This document shows, one piece after another, positions 9,562 through 19,811 of a DNA stretch of 64,000 nt. This stretch comes from Promethearchaeota archaeon (lineage in GTDB: Archaea; Asgardarchaeota; Lokiarchaeia; Sigyniarchaeales; SOKP01), in the NCBI GenBank assembly GCA_019894975.1, contig JAGXNO010000001.1, positions 25,278 through 89,277 on the forward strand, written 5' to 3'. Under the pieces are notes generated by a model. That model was not told the origin of the DNA, did no database searches, and saw only the letters and a list, made by a program, of their open reading frames with translations. How positions within the stretch are numbered: the stretch's first letter is position 1; each line of letters begins with the position of its first letter. The position numbers were made by a program, and so were the translations under genes.

Positions 9562-10461
9562 TTAATCGAGGTCAAGAATACTTGAAATAAAAAGGTCTTT
9601 ATTAAAAGGTTTTAAATCGTTATAACCTTGACCTGTTCCTACAAACAGGATTGGTTTTTTAGTTTCGAATGAAATTGATAAAGCCGCACCACCTTTCGAG
9701 TCCGCGTCAAATTTTGTTAAGATATTTGCATCAATTCCTACATGACGATCGAATTCTCTAGCTTGATACAAAATATCGTTACCCGCAAGACTATCCCCTA
9801 TAAAAACAACCAGATCTGGTTGTACCACACGAACCATTTTCTGCATTTCCATCATTAAGTTTCGGTTTGTGGTTTGTCTTCCAGAGGTGTCTATTAAAAC
9901 TACCTCGATTTTTTTTGCTTTAGCATGCTCAATTGCATCATAAGCAACTGAAGAAGGATCAGATTTGTACCCATGTTTTATAACAGTGATACCTACATTG
10001 TCCATATGTTTAGATAGTTGTTCAATAGCTCCAGCTCGGAATGTATCTGAAGCAGCTGCAACACAATTTATATTATTTTTTTTTAAGAGATGAGCTACCT
10101 TAGCAATTGTAGTAGTTTTTCCCGTTCCGTTAATTCCAAGAAAAACAAGTATGTAAGGTTGTCCTGAGGAGATTTTTATTTTTATTTCATTCATTAAGTC
10201 AATTTCCTTTTCAGGGGTTAAAATACTTATAATAATATCTTTTAATGTATCAAATAAGATTTTTTTAGTTGATTTTAAACGAGTAATTTGTTGCCCCTCA
10301 AACGACTCAATAAGGTTTTTACAGATTTCATCTGCAGTGTCTATAGCAACGTCATTACTAATAAGGAGTATTCTTAAATCATTAATAGCATCCTCTATCT
10401 TATTTTCTGTTAATGTTTTTTTAACAAAAGTAGAAAACACATTTTTTAGTTTCTTCGCCAT
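9562..10461 (-). CDS. ftsY: Signal recognition particle receptor FtsY
   Basis: 299 aa with the SRP GTPase motifs GINGTGKTTT, DTSGR and TKFD, plus an N domain. Confidence 0.9.
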   Translation of the reverse strand: MAKKLKNVFSTFVKKTLTENKIEDAINDLRILLISNDVAIDTADEICKNLIESFEGQQITRLKSTKKILFDTLKDIIISILTPEKEIDLMNEIKIKISSGQPYILVFLGINGTGKTTTIAKVAHLLKKNNINCVAAASDTFRAGAIEQLSKHMDNVGITVIKHGYKSDPSSVAYDAIEHAKAKKIEVVLIDTSGRQTTNRNLMMEMQKMVRVVQPDLVVFIGDSLAGNDILYQAREFDRHVGIDANILTKFDADSKGGAALSISFETKKPILFVGTGQGYNDLKPFNKDLFISSILDLD

Positions 10462-10515
10462 TTATATCCCCCATGAAAATCAGCATATCCTAAAGGAAAT
10501 TTACACAATAAAGGG

Positions 10516-10932
10516 TTATTTTGGAAGGTAAGATCTTTGAATAAGTTGAGATGTTTTCTGCAAATTAAGATCAATGTTTTGCAATTGAGTTGCTATAAAT
10601 TGGATTTCCTTATCATGTTGTTCAATTCTTTTATCAAGAATTTCAATTGCACCATCCAAGTCTTTTTCAATTATAACGTCTTGAGTGATTGCAAGTAACA
10701 CTTTCTCAGGATCATTAATAGAGGCCTTAATATTTGCCATTCCCCCTATAGGTATTAATATCTCATCGTTTACTTTAACTCCTTCTTTAATATTCTCAAT
10801 AGTTATTTTTGTATTCACAATATTTGATCGAGATACATTTAGAATTTCAAATTGACCTTGGTACATATCCCGTTGTTCCTTCAACATTCTAAAAATTTGT
10901 AGTTGTTCTTGATAATCCTGAGAGGGTTCCAA
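10516..10932 (-). CDS. pfdA: Prefoldin alpha subunit
   Basis: 138 aa with a coiled-coil / beta-hairpin / coiled-coil layout. It holds the conserved position between rplX and ftsY. Confidence 0.7.
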   Translation of the reverse strand: MEPSQDYQEQLQIFRMLKEQRDMYQGQFEILNVSRSNIVNTKITIENIKEGVKVNDEILIPIGGMANIKASINDPEKVLLAITQDVIIEKDLDGAIEILDKRIEQHDKEIQFIATQLQNIDLNLQKTSQLIQRSYLPK

Positions 10933-10961
10933 ATTTTATCAAATCCGTTTGATTTTTTTAG

Positions 10962-11189
10962 TTATCCCGATAATTCTCTTATTAGGTAATCTTGAGATTC
11001 TTCTAAAGCTATTTCTTTTACTTCTTGAATGTTAATTTGACGCCTAAAAATTCCAATAGAGGTAATTTGGCTTAAAGCTTTTTCAAGAGCATCTTCCTCC
11101 TTCAACGCACGGACTTCTTTACGAAACAAATATTTCTTATGCTTCTTGCTGTAATTGCCAATTATTCTATATATTTTAATCTCTGACAT
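10962..11189 (-). CDS. rplX: Ribosomal protein LX (L18Ae/L20A family)
   Basis: 75 aa, beginning MSEIKIYRIIGNY...FRKEVRALKEEDALEKA. It sits in the conserved cluster position. Confidence 0.7.
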   Translation of the reverse strand: MSEIKIYRIIGNYSKKHKKYLFRKEVRALKEEDALEKALSQITSIGIFRRQINIQEVKEIALEESQDYLIRELSG

Positions 11190-11281
11190 TGTTATTTAGA
11201 TCCATTGAATCAAAGCTATTAAGAAAGGATAATATTTTAGAAAATATTAAATTTTGCTTTTTAGTAATACCTGATATTTCT

Positions 11282-11962
11282 CTACAATTGTAAAATTGAT
11301 GTGATTCTCATGAGTTCTGGGCCAGTGCAATCGACTCCAAAAATTCCACTCTTATCATTTACAATTGCACCTGAACCCAAATATGGTACACCACGGTTAA
11401 CCGTTGAAACATCAACCTCATCAACTTTCAAAATTGAAGTAATGAATTCTATCTCATCATCGTTTGAGAGAGGATGTACTAGACAGCCATTATTGTTTGT
11501 TAATGAAATTGAACCTGGAAGATAGTTATTAGCAAATTCATAAATAACAGTCTCAACGTTTAATGTGGTTTCAATTTCCTTTTTATACTCTTTCAGAAAT
11601 GAACTGATAATAGCACCCTTATCATTACAAAGAATCAAGTTTCCAAATGCATTATCTATAGATTTTAGAATACATATTTGAGGAGAATTATTTTCTTCTT
11701 TTAAGTGATCTTTTAGCTCTTCTAATTCATCGTCCTTAATGATATGAGGAACAATTATGCCATACTTATTAGATGCCGAATAGATACCTAATAAATCAGA
11801 ATTATTAATTGTTAGGGGATAAAAAGGTTCCGCAAATGTATTTCTAAACTTCTTAAGTATTGGTTTAATTAATGTTGGGGGATAAAGGACGTAAGAATTA
11901 TTCGCTGTAAGATATACTCCAATTAAACTACGTCCGAAAACTTGAGATCTTAAAATTGTCAT
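11282..11962 (-). CDS. eif6: Translation initiation factor 6 (aIF6)
   Basis: 226 aa with a pentein-repeat pattern (..GVYLTANNSYVLYP.., ..GNLILCNDKGAIIS.., ..GSGAIVNDKSGIFG..). Confidence 0.85.
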   Translation of the reverse strand: MTILRSQVFGRSLIGVYLTANNSYVLYPPTLIKPILKKFRNTFAEPFYPLTINNSDLLGIYSASNKYGIIVPHIIKDDELEELKDHLKEENNSPQICILKSIDNAFGNLILCNDKGAIISSFLKEYKKEIETTLNVETVIYEFANNYLPGSISLTNNNGCLVHPLSNDDEIEFITSILKVDEVDVSTVNRGVPYLGSGAIVNDKSGIFGVDCTGPELMRITSILQL

Positions 11963-12044
11963 TCTTAAATTGATAAAATTTTACTTTTTCTATTACTTTT
12001 TTATAAAAAAAGAATATGCTTTTTTGACTCATCCATTAAAGATA

Positions 12045-12497
12045 TTATGCTAGATATACAACGCATAGTCCGTCTATATTTTTTGTGACTCTTACTTTTA
12101 ATTTCCTTGGAGGTTTTTGAATTCCACGTGCCCAAATCCTCTCATTTACCTCTTGAGAAATTATCAAAGACTCAGGTTTAAAATGGCGGGTCATAAAATC
12201 TCTTAAAAACCGTATTGATTTTTTAGCCCATTTATTTCTTGGACCTATTCTCGCTTTGGCTAGAGGAACAACATAAATTCTTTCATCAATAATTTCTTCT
12301 TCTTTAGGGATTTCTTCTTCCTCAAATTCCTCTAAAGCCTCCTCTTCAAAAATTTCACTAATTTCTTCTTCTTCTGTAATTTCATCTAGACTGAATTCTT
12401 TGATCTCTTCAATTTCATCTTCTGCAATTTCTTCTTTCGAGTCGATTAACTCATCTTCTAACTCATCTAAACTAATTTCCTTTTCCTTTTTTGCCAT
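12045..12497 (-). CDS. rpl31e: Ribosomal protein L31e with an acidic N-terminal extension of about 70 aa
   Basis: The C-terminal 80 aa (RIYVVPLAKA...RNKWAKKSIRFLRDFMTRHF...IWARGIQKPPRKLKVRV) form the L31e core. The N-terminus is a run of E/D/I residues. Confidence 0.85.
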   Translation of the reverse strand: MAKKEKEISLDELEDELIDSKEEIAEDEIEEIKEFSLDEITEEEEISEIFEEEALEEFEEEEIPKEEEIIDERIYVVPLAKARIGPRNKWAKKSIRFLRDFMTRHFKPESLIISQEVNERIWARGIQKPPRKLKVRVTKNIDGLCVVYLA

Positions 12498-12532
12498 AAT
12501 TTTTCAGATCAATTATCCATTAAAATCTATTT

Positions 12533-12694
12533 TTAATCTCTCTTTAGCCTGGTATTTCTCCATGTTCTCCGTGAATAGGGACTACTTCTAACTTTTCCCC
12601 CTGTTCTCTGAATTACCCAATTGGGAACTGAACTATTCTGCTTCAGTTTCTTTGCTCTACGCACTTTCGATGGTAAATCTTTATTACGAGCCAT
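12533..12694 (-). CDS. rpl39e: Ribosomal protein L39e
   Basis: This ORF is not in the ORF track because it is under 60 aa. My translation is MARNKDLPSKVRRAKKLKQNSSVPNWVIQRTGGKVRSSPYSRRTWRNTRLKRD (53 aa). Confidence 0.85.
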   Translation of the reverse strand: MARNKDLPSKVRRAKKLKQNSSVPNWVIQRTGGKVRSSPYSRRTWRNTRLKRD

Positions 12695-12715
12695 TTTAGA
12701 TTCCTTATTTTATAA

Positions 12716-13069
12716 TTATTTTTTAATATTAAACTCTTTCTTTTTGTCAAACGTTGATATCTGCTCTAAGAGCTTTTTAAATGCTTTATCTGGTAGAGGT
12801 GTTGCTCCTCTTAACTTGCCACTTTGAAATAATTGAATTAATTGTAATTCTATTTGTTCCGCAAATTGTGGTTTAACAATTCGGATATTTTCTAATCGTT
12901 GTCTTCCTTCAACACTTAAGATCTTTCTCATTACTATATATTTTTTTTCTTCAAATTCTTGTTGTTGAGCTTGTGCCATTTGTTGGTGTGCTGCTTGTTG
13001 TCTTAACTCTTCCAACTTTCTCCTTCGGATATTTTCCAACTCGTCGTCGTCGCTCAATCTGAACACCAA
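12716..13069 (-). CDS. PDCD5 / MTH1615-family DNA-binding protein
   Basis: 117 aa containing ..ELENIRRRKLEELRQQ...ILSVEGRQRLENIRIVKPQFAEQIELQLIQL... It sits in the conserved position between S19e and L39e. Confidence 0.75.
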   Translation of the reverse strand: MVFRLSDDDELENIRRRKLEELRQQAAHQQMAQAQQQEFEEKKYIVMRKILSVEGRQRLENIRIVKPQFAEQIELQLIQLFQSGKLRGATPLPDKAFKKLLEQISTFDKKKEFNIKK

Positions 13070-13090
13070 AAATTATGATTATTAGTATAT

Positions 13091-13516
13091 TTATTCTTTA
13101 CTTCTTATAATCCCATATGACGTTCTTTCCAATAAACTAGTTCCTTCAGATGACAGAACTCTTCCTTTTTTATCTTTTACTTCAATTAATTTTGCATTTT
13201 CAAGTTGCTGTAATGCTACTCTTATTATTTTTCCACTTCCTCGAGCAGAATGATGCAATCCTTTTCCTTTTCTATTTTTTCCACCATAAAATTTTCGAAG
13301 TTTGTTGACACCTATAGGACCATATTTATTCACTTTTCTAAGCAATGAAGCGCTTCTGATATACCAGAAGTTTTCTGAATCGACTGGGGCTAATTCTTTA
13401 AAAAATGCAGTTTTCCAAAATTCTGAACCTTTAGGTGGTGAAATTTCGGGATATTCCTTTAACTTTTCTGCAATGATTTCAATAAGTTTTTCTGGTGAAA
13501 CAACATATATAGACAT
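13091..13516 (-). CDS. rps19e: Ribosomal protein S19e
   Basis: 141 aa containing ..WYIRSASLLRKVNKYGPIGVNKLRKFYGG...HHSARGSGKIIRVALQQLE. Confidence 0.9.
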   Translation of the reverse strand: MSIYVVSPEKLIEIIAEKLKEYPEISPPKGSEFWKTAFFKELAPVDSENFWYIRSASLLRKVNKYGPIGVNKLRKFYGGKNRKGKGLHHSARGSGKIIRVALQQLENAKLIEVKDKKGRVLSSEGTSLLERTSYGIIRSKE

Positions 13517-13591
13517 GATCTTTAATTCAATATTTCTTTATAATATTTAATACGTTTTTAAAGCTAGAATAAATTAAAAATTTTTGTATTC

Positions 13592-13876
13592 TTGAATTCT
13601 AAGACAATGGATTATCAGAAAGAATTTAAAAAAACTTTACTATCAAAACCACATTGTACATTGGGCAAGCAGGGAATAACTGAAGAGTTTATCCTGCATG
13701 TTATTAAACTACTGAAAAGATATAAAATAATTAAGATAAAGGCATTAAAAACAATCGCTTCTAAATCAAATATCGATAGTATTGCAGATGAAATTTCAAA
13801 ATTAACAAGTTCTTACTTGTTGGATGTAAGAGGTAAGATTTTCATTCTTTCATTAAAACCCATTAAGGAAAATTAA
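13592..13876 (+). CDS. YhbY / CRS1-type RNA-binding protein
   Basis: 94 aa containing ..LGKQGITEEFILHVIKLLKRYKIIKIKAL.., which matches the CRS1_YhbY pattern. Confidence 0.7.
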   Translation: MNSKTMDYQKEFKKTLLSKPHCTLGKQGITEEFILHVIKLLKRYKIIKIKALKTIASKSNIDSIADEISKLTSSYLLDVRGKIFILSLKPIKEN

Positions 13877-13901
13877 TCAAACGACTGCTTAACTAATTTA
13901 T

Positions 13902-14240
13902 ATGACTAGGAAAAATAGAAATTATAAGCCTATAATAAAAAAAATTGCATATAGTAGGATAAACTATTTGCTTCAAAGAGCTCATGAAATATTTCCTCTT
14001 AATAAACCATTAGCAAATAGATATACGTATTTAGCTAGCCGTTATTCTCAAAGAGCAAAAATTAAAATTCCTTATACCTGGAAAAAACGTTTATGTAAAA
14101 AATGTAAAAGATTTTTATATCCTGGATTGAATTATAGAGTCAGGTTACATTCTCATAGAGGAAAAGGTTCCCATGTGTCTCTAACATGCTTCGAATGCAA
14201 TAAAACAACCAGGTATTATATCAAAACTATAGGTGATTAG
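13902..14240 (+). CDS. rnp4: RNase P protein component 4 (Rpp21/Rpr2)
   Basis: 112 aa with a helical N-terminus (RINYLLQRAHEI..) and a Zn ribbon (CKKCKRF...CFECN). Confidence 0.8.
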   Translation: MTRKNRNYKPIIKKIAYSRINYLLQRAHEIFPLNKPLANRYTYLASRYSQRAKIKIPYTWKKRLCKKCKRFLYPGLNYRVRLHSHRGKGSHVSLTCFECNKTTRYYIKTIGD

Positions 14241-14279
14241 AAAGATCATTGAAAATTAAACTATTAATTTAAATTAACT

Positions 14280-14954
14280 ATGCCTTTAATCATATTTTTA
14301 GTGGAATGTGGTATTGAATTAATACCCAAAGAAATTAGAAGCCATTCTGCTGTAAGAAAAAATCTTTCAGCGCAAATATACTCATCACAACTATTAGATA
14401 ACGCTCTGCACCATAGTGCTATGGTAAATTTAAAAAATTCTGAAAAGAGAGGACGACCCGACATCGCTCATTTAAGTTTACTAAATGCTTTAGGATCACC
14501 TTTGAATAAAAATGGAAATCTCCGATTATTTTTACATACCATAAAAAACAAAATTTATGAATTCAATCCAGATATAAGAATATCCAGAAATTACAACCGC
14601 TTTAAAGGATTAATGGCAAAACTTTTGATTGATAACGATATCAACGTAAATGGTACAAAGTTGATTTCATTATTCAATGGAACTATTCAAGATCTTCTAA
14701 GCACTTTTAAAGATCCTAAAATCCTTCAATTTTCAAAGAAAGGTAAATTAATACAAAATTATAACGAATTATTTCTTGGAGACATATCTAAAAATAATAT
14801 AGCAATTATTGGTGGATTTCAGAAGAGTACCTTCTCAGATGAATTTTTAGATTTATCTAAAAACTTAATTTCTATATCTAATTATTCATTGGACGCTTGG
14901 GTGGTCGTAGGTAAGGTTATCAATTTTTATGAATTATCTCATAATATAATCTAA
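14280..14954 (+). CDS. nep1: Ribosomal RNA small subunit methyltransferase Nep1 (Emg1)
   Basis: 224 aa with the motif GRPDIAHLSLLNALGSPLNK, typical of Nep1 SPOUT methyltransferases. Confidence 0.85.
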   Translation: MPLIIFLVECGIELIPKEIRSHSAVRKNLSAQIYSSQLLDNALHHSAMVNLKNSEKRGRPDIAHLSLLNALGSPLNKNGNLRLFLHTIKNKIYEFNPDIRISRNYNRFKGLMAKLLIDNDINVNGTKLISLFNGTIQDLLSTFKDPKILQFSKKGKLIQNYNELFLGDISKNNIAIIGGFQKSTFSDEFLDLSKNLISISNYSLDAWVVVGKVINFYELSHNII

Positions 14955-15028
14955 ATACGCTAAAAAGAGAAAAGTTAAAAGAAATTAACCACTCAATTTA
15001 ATACTAATTTCATTCAAAAATGTATCAA

Positions 15029-15100
15029 GCGCTCGTTGTGTAGCGGTTATCATCCAGGACTTCCAATTCTGGGACCCGGGTTCAATTCCCGGCGAGCGCA
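15029..15100 (+). tRNA. tRNA-Gly (UCC), no intron
   Basis: 72 nt. The acceptor stem is GCGCTCG/CGAGCGC. The anticodon arm is CAGGA-CTTCCAA-TTCTG. The T arm is CCGGG-TTCAATT-CCCGG. The discriminator is A and no CCA is encoded. Confidence 0.9.
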
Positions 15101-15356
15101 CACTTTAAATTTAATATTGTTTTAGGATTTATAACTTTCTTGGTAATTTTTATTTTTTAAAATCCAAAAAATTATATTTACAAACTTGTATGTTATATAT
15201 GAAAAAACGTCAGCTAAATTTTTTTTTTTCATTTCCATATTAGATCACTTTTTTATTTATCTGGCGTTTTTTCCTTTTCTATAGAGGACTATGATGCTTC
15301 CAATAATCTTATATTATTAATTTTATTATGAAAATACAGAACTATTACTCGCAATC

Positions 15357-16493
15357 ATGGTTAATTATAGATATAAAGAATTTAAATCTGTTATAAACAA
15401 ATTGAAATATCCTGATTCTTGGTTTTGGTCTCGGTACACTTTAAATTCTTATTCGGGATGTGCTCACGCATGCATTTATTGTGATGCTCGGAGTGATCGA
15501 TATTATCTAGAAGATTTTGAAAATGAAGTTATAATTAAGCAAGATTTTGATAAAAAATTGGACTTAAGACTAAAACGAGCTCGAACACTGTTACCAGATG
15601 TCATTGCTGCAGGAGGAATCAACGATTCTTATCAACCGGTTGAAAAAGAGGTTGAACAAACAAGAAAAGTGCTACAAGTTATCGCAAAACATAAATTTCC
15701 CCTTAACATAGCAACAAAATCAAAACTCATTACTCGGGATATTGATATTCTCAATAATATTGCTGAAGACTCATGGTGTACAATCGGGTTTTCAATAAGT
15801 ACAATAAATGAAGAACTTGCGAATTTTTTAGAACCTTACTCTTCCCCTCCTTCTGAAAGATTTAACGCTTTAAAAATGATTAAAAAAGGAGCGTCGAATA
15901 TTCAAGTAGGTACATATTTTATGCCAATTATCCCGTTTCTAGCTGATGACGATTATAATATGGGAGATGTGATAAAACAATCAAAGAACGCTGGTGCTGA
16001 TTTTATTTTGTTTTCTCCCGGTTTAACATTGCGCGATTCTCAAGCTGCATATTTTATAAAAAAGCTAAGAAATAGTAAATATAAACAGACTGTTAAACCT
16101 TTACTCGAACTATATAAAGGTCAAATTTATCCTCCTGGTCATTATGTAAGAAACCTTCATTTAAAATTATTGAAGTTATGTGAAAAGTATAATCTGGCTG
16201 TTAGAGTAAAAAGGTGGATTCCTTCTGATTACCGCAAATGGAATTATAAGATCTCAGAACTTTTGCTAAATAAAGAATACATGAACTCCTTAAGAACAGG
16301 TAAATCAAATAAAAAGCTGATGTGGGCTGGCTTAAATTTAAATAATTTGGAAGAATCAATAGTAGATGTCTATAATAGAGGAGATTTGCATATGGTAAAA
16401 AACTTTAATTCCAAAATAATTGAATTTATAGCACCTTATTTAGAAAAAAGTAAGGAATTAAAACAAAAACAGGGGTTAGAAAAATTTCTCTGA
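15357..16493 (+). CDS. Radical SAM protein (SplB / DNA-repair-photolyase-like family)
   Basis: 378 aa with the CxxxCxxC motif CAHACIYC near the N-terminus. Confidence 0.65.
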   Translation: MVNYRYKEFKSVINKLKYPDSWFWSRYTLNSYSGCAHACIYCDARSDRYYLEDFENEVIIKQDFDKKLDLRLKRARTLLPDVIAAGGINDSYQPVEKEVEQTRKVLQVIAKHKFPLNIATKSKLITRDIDILNNIAEDSWCTIGFSISTINEELANFLEPYSSPPSERFNALKMIKKGASNIQVGTYFMPIIPFLADDDYNMGDVIKQSKNAGADFILFSPGLTLRDSQAAYFIKKLRNSKYKQTVKPLLELYKGQIYPPGHYVRNLHLKLLKLCEKYNLAVRVKRWIPSDYRKWNYKISELLLNKEYMNSLRTGKSNKKLMWAGLNLNNLEESIVDVYNRGDLHMVKNFNSKIIEFIAPYLEKSKELKQKQGLEKFL

Positions 16494-16525
16494 TAAATGT
16501 AATAACCCATGAAATTATCGAAGAA

Positions 16526-17230
16526 TTGAAAAACACTGCTCCTAAATTAACAACCGAACAGATTGATAGACGAAATAAAATATTAAATTCCAATAATCCA
16601 AACTTTTATGGATATGGTCATAAGCTATCTGATATAGAAAGAATTACTAGAACCATACATAAGAAGTATGAGTGTAGTTATGAGGATGCACTTTCTATTT
16701 GTAAAAGTTTTGTCAGTTCCAATATCCATGAAGAGAAGTTTTCCGGTATTTTTTTTCTCAATCACTTTAAAAGCAATTTTAATCAAACCACTATAAATTT
16801 TTTTGAGTTCCAATTATTGAATTACTGTGATACTTGGGCTTTTTGTGATAGCTTTTGCATCAGGATTATTGGACCATTTCTCGGGAAAAAGAATAACCAG
16901 CAATTAGCTGAAAAAACTATTGATAAATGGTCAAATTCTGAAAATCTTTGGGTTAGAAGAGCATCTCTGGTAATTCTTCTTAAAATTGTAATGATAAAAA
17001 GAGAATTCAATGAGGAATATGTATTTAAAATAATAGAAAAAATGCTTAAATACCCCGAAGATTATATTCAGAAAGGAGTTGGTTGGCTCTTTAAAACCTG
17101 TTCAAAATTTAATCCTGATTCAATTTTTCTTTACTTAATGAGTAATAAGAAAAGACTCCCTCACTTAATTCTAAGGTATGCTAGCGAAAAATTGCCTGAA
17201 GAAAAAAAAGTTAAGGTTTTAAAAAAATAA
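16526..17230 (+). CDS. DNA alkylation repair protein (AlkD-like HEAT-repeat family)
   Basis: 234 aa containing ..NLWVRRASLVILLK...YIQKGVGWLFK.., which are typical AlkD-like HEAT-repeat motifs. Confidence 0.65.
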   Translation: MKNTAPKLTTEQIDRRNKILNSNNPNFYGYGHKLSDIERITRTIHKKYECSYEDALSICKSFVSSNIHEEKFSGIFFLNHFKSNFNQTTINFFEFQLLNYCDTWAFCDSFCIRIIGPFLGKKNNQQLAEKTIDKWSNSENLWVRRASLVILLKIVMIKREFNEEYVFKIIEKMLKYPEDYIQKGVGWLFKTCSKFNPDSIFLYLMSNKKRLPHLILRYASEKLPEEKKVKVLKK

Positions 17231-17368
17231 AGTTCTCAATGTAAAATACATTAGGATGATATCAAAAACATAGTAAATAAGAAAAAATCCTTTAGAACCC
17301 TTTCAAAAGTATTAAATACTTTTAAGTCAAATTTATAATTAATCTAAAAAATTTTAGGTTAAGATTAT

Positions 17369-19750
17369 ATGAAATCTAGTGGAAGAAAAGCAGTATTTAT
17401 AGTAAGTTTAGGAATAATCTTCATAATTTCGAATGTTTACAATTACAATTTCTTCATTGATCAGCTGAATAATGATATAAATATACAAATTCGAGATGAT
17501 CTTTATTTAAAAACCGCAAATTCAGAGATCTTTATAATTTCTCCTGAAAACAAGACTTACACGGAACCAATGAGTGGATATTATCCTGGAGTATATGGAT
17601 TTGAAGATGAAATTATTGGGACAACTGGAACCGATATACAATTTGTGGATTCATGGAATGGTGCTCCTACCTCTGCTTCAATTGAATCAGAAATAGGTGG
17701 ACATAAAAATGTCTTAAGAGAAGAATATTCTGGAGCGACTCATGGTGATATCTTTCATTACTTTGATACTAACCATATTTCTGGGCAATACGAATTCTGG
17801 TTTCGATGTGGAAACCCGTTAACAGTAAGCCAATTTCTCTTTATGGAAGGAGGTTTAGCCGGGCCACATCCTCAAGTTAGAGACGGTTTTTTTAATTACT
17901 ATGATGGAGCACAACATAATCTAATTCCATGTAATCCAGATCAATGGTATCAACTAAAATTTGAATGGTATTCGAATAATACGTTTGATATGTATGTAGA
18001 CAGTACTAAAATATTGGTTGGAGGAGAAAATTTAAACAATATGACACTTGGTCCTGATAGAATTAGACTTACGGTATATGCAGTTACAACCAACTATTAC
18101 GATGCAGTAGGTTATTCATGGGACCCAGCTTATTTAGTTGGAGATAATTTGAATGAAGGTTTGTTGTTTAGCTTCGAAAATAGTACCACTCTTGATTGGA
18201 TGGGTTATTCTTTAGATGGTCAGACTAATAGAACAATTTTTGGGAATACAACTATTGCATTTCCTAATAGAGGATCACATATAATTCAAGTTTTTGGTAA
18301 TGACTCTCTTGGTAATATATATCATTCACCTATTCGGTATTTTAAAATCTTTTTAAATCTTACTGGGAGTCCAATATATATAAACGGTCCTGTTGATTGG
18401 AGTAATGCTATTCTCCAACCGTGGTGTTCTGGCTCTGGCACTTGGAGTGATCCATATATCATTGAATATTTAATGATCGATGGTCAAAATACTGATAGGT
18501 GTATAGAAATTAGAAATTCTAATGTCTTTTTTATTATTAGGCATTGCATCATCTACAACGGGGTTTTTGCAGGAATTTTTTTAATGGATACTACTAATGG
18601 ACAATTGATATGTAATAATATCTCCGATTGTGGGGGATTATATGGTGGTATATACTTTTATTCAAGTTGTAATAACAACACAATCTCAGGAAATACATTA
18701 AACAATAATGATTGGAGTGGGATACATATAGAAAGTGATTGCTATTTTAACACTATCTCAAGAAATTCATTTTACAATAATATTCAGTACGGGATAACTC
18801 TTACGGATAATAATGACTACAATAACGTTACTGATAATTTTTTTTATTTTAATAATGATGGAGCAATTAGAATAACACCTGCTACTTCTGAGAATAATAG
18901 AATTGAAAGAAATATCATGGTGAGTAAGGATGCAAAATATATCAATGATGCTGGCACAAATACAATTCTCATCTCAAACTATTATCTTACTGGAATTCCA
19001 TCTTTATTTATAGAAATTAGTGCCCAGTCGTTCTCAACATCAGAATTTATTATTATATTTAATGTCTCTAGTCAATGTATTAGTTTAGAAGTACTATTCC
19101 AATCTGTTCAAATATGGTGGAACGGAGCTGTAGTACCTTCAGATAACATTACTGACCTTGGAAACGGTTTATATAATGTATCGTTATATCCGATATTTGT
19201 CGAATCAGGTGAAGCTCCAATCTTATTGAACATGACAATTGTAGCAACTTATCATAGAGATACGTATTTCGAAACATATCTCGATGTAGAACCTCCAGAA
19301 GTTGTTAAATTTTTACAAATAGAGATGACTGAAAGTTCTTATTCAACTGAACACTTCAATTTGACCTTCTATATATTTGATGAGAATAATCAGAGTGTTA
19401 ACTCAACTATAATTCAGATGTGGTGGAATGGGAGCCTTGTCTCTGGTGATGTTATTAATCTTGGGAATGGACTATATTTTGTATCTTTAGCACCAATAAC
19501 CGTTGCTCCTGGAGAAAATCCAATATTGCTTACCATGATTGTTTCAGTTGATGGATATGAAGATAAACCTTTTGAAACATACATTGCAGTAGATCCTGAT
19601 ATCTTGGATAAAGACGGTGGAAGAGCTGCTGAAGAATTTCCTTTCGTATTAACCATTATTATCGCCTCATCAATCTCAGGTGGAATAGTAGCTGCTGGTG
19701 CTCTAATGTTTTTACTGCGTAAAAGAAAACAAATAAGTGAAGTTGCATGA
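17369..19750 (+). CDS. Large secreted, membrane-anchored surface protein with parallel beta-helix repeats
   Basis: 793 aa. It has an N-terminal hydrophobic signal/anchor and many N-x-S/T sequons. The central part has PbH1-like repeats (..NNTISGNTLNNNDWSGIHIE..NTISRNSFYNN..). Two C-terminal repeat domains carry WWNG...LGNGLY.VSL.P. The end is a TM helix followed by LRKRKQ. Confidence 0.7.
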   Translation: MKSSGRKAVFIVSLGIIFIISNVYNYNFFIDQLNNDINIQIRDDLYLKTANSEIFIISPENKTYTEPMSGYYPGVYGFEDEIIGTTGTDIQFVDSWNGAPTSASIESEIGGHKNVLREEYSGATHGDIFHYFDTNHISGQYEFWFRCGNPLTVSQFLFMEGGLAGPHPQVRDGFFNYYDGAQHNLIPCNPDQWYQLKFEWYSNNTFDMYVDSTKILVGGENLNNMTLGPDRIRLTVYAVTTNYYDAVGYSWDPAYLVGDNLNEGLLFSFENSTTLDWMGYSLDGQTNRTIFGNTTIAFPNRGSHIIQVFGNDSLGNIYHSPIRYFKIFLNLTGSPIYINGPVDWSNAILQPWCSGSGTWSDPYIIEYLMIDGQNTDRCIEIRNSNVFFIIRHCIIYNGVFAGIFLMDTTNGQLICNNISDCGGLYGGIYFYSSCNNNTISGNTLNNNDWSGIHIESDCYFNTISRNSFYNNIQYGITLTDNNDYNNVTDNFFYFNNDGAIRITPATSENNRIERNIMVSKDAKYINDAGTNTILISNYYLTGIPSLFIEISAQSFSTSEFIIIFNVSSQCISLEVLFQSVQIWWNGAVVPSDNITDLGNGLYNVSLYPIFVESGEAPILLNMTIVATYHRDTYFETYLDVEPPEVVKFLQIEMTESSYSTEHFNLTFYIFDENNQSVNSTIIQMWWNGSLVSGDVINLGNGLYFVSLAPITVAPGENPILLTMIVSVDGYEDKPFETYIAVDPDILDKDGGRAAEEFPFVLTIIIASSISGGIVAAGALMFLLRKRKQISEVA

Positions 19751-19811
19751 TTTAAAAATTCAAATTTAAAATTTTTGGACTCTTTTTTTTAATCACCTCT
19801 AACTTGAGGAT

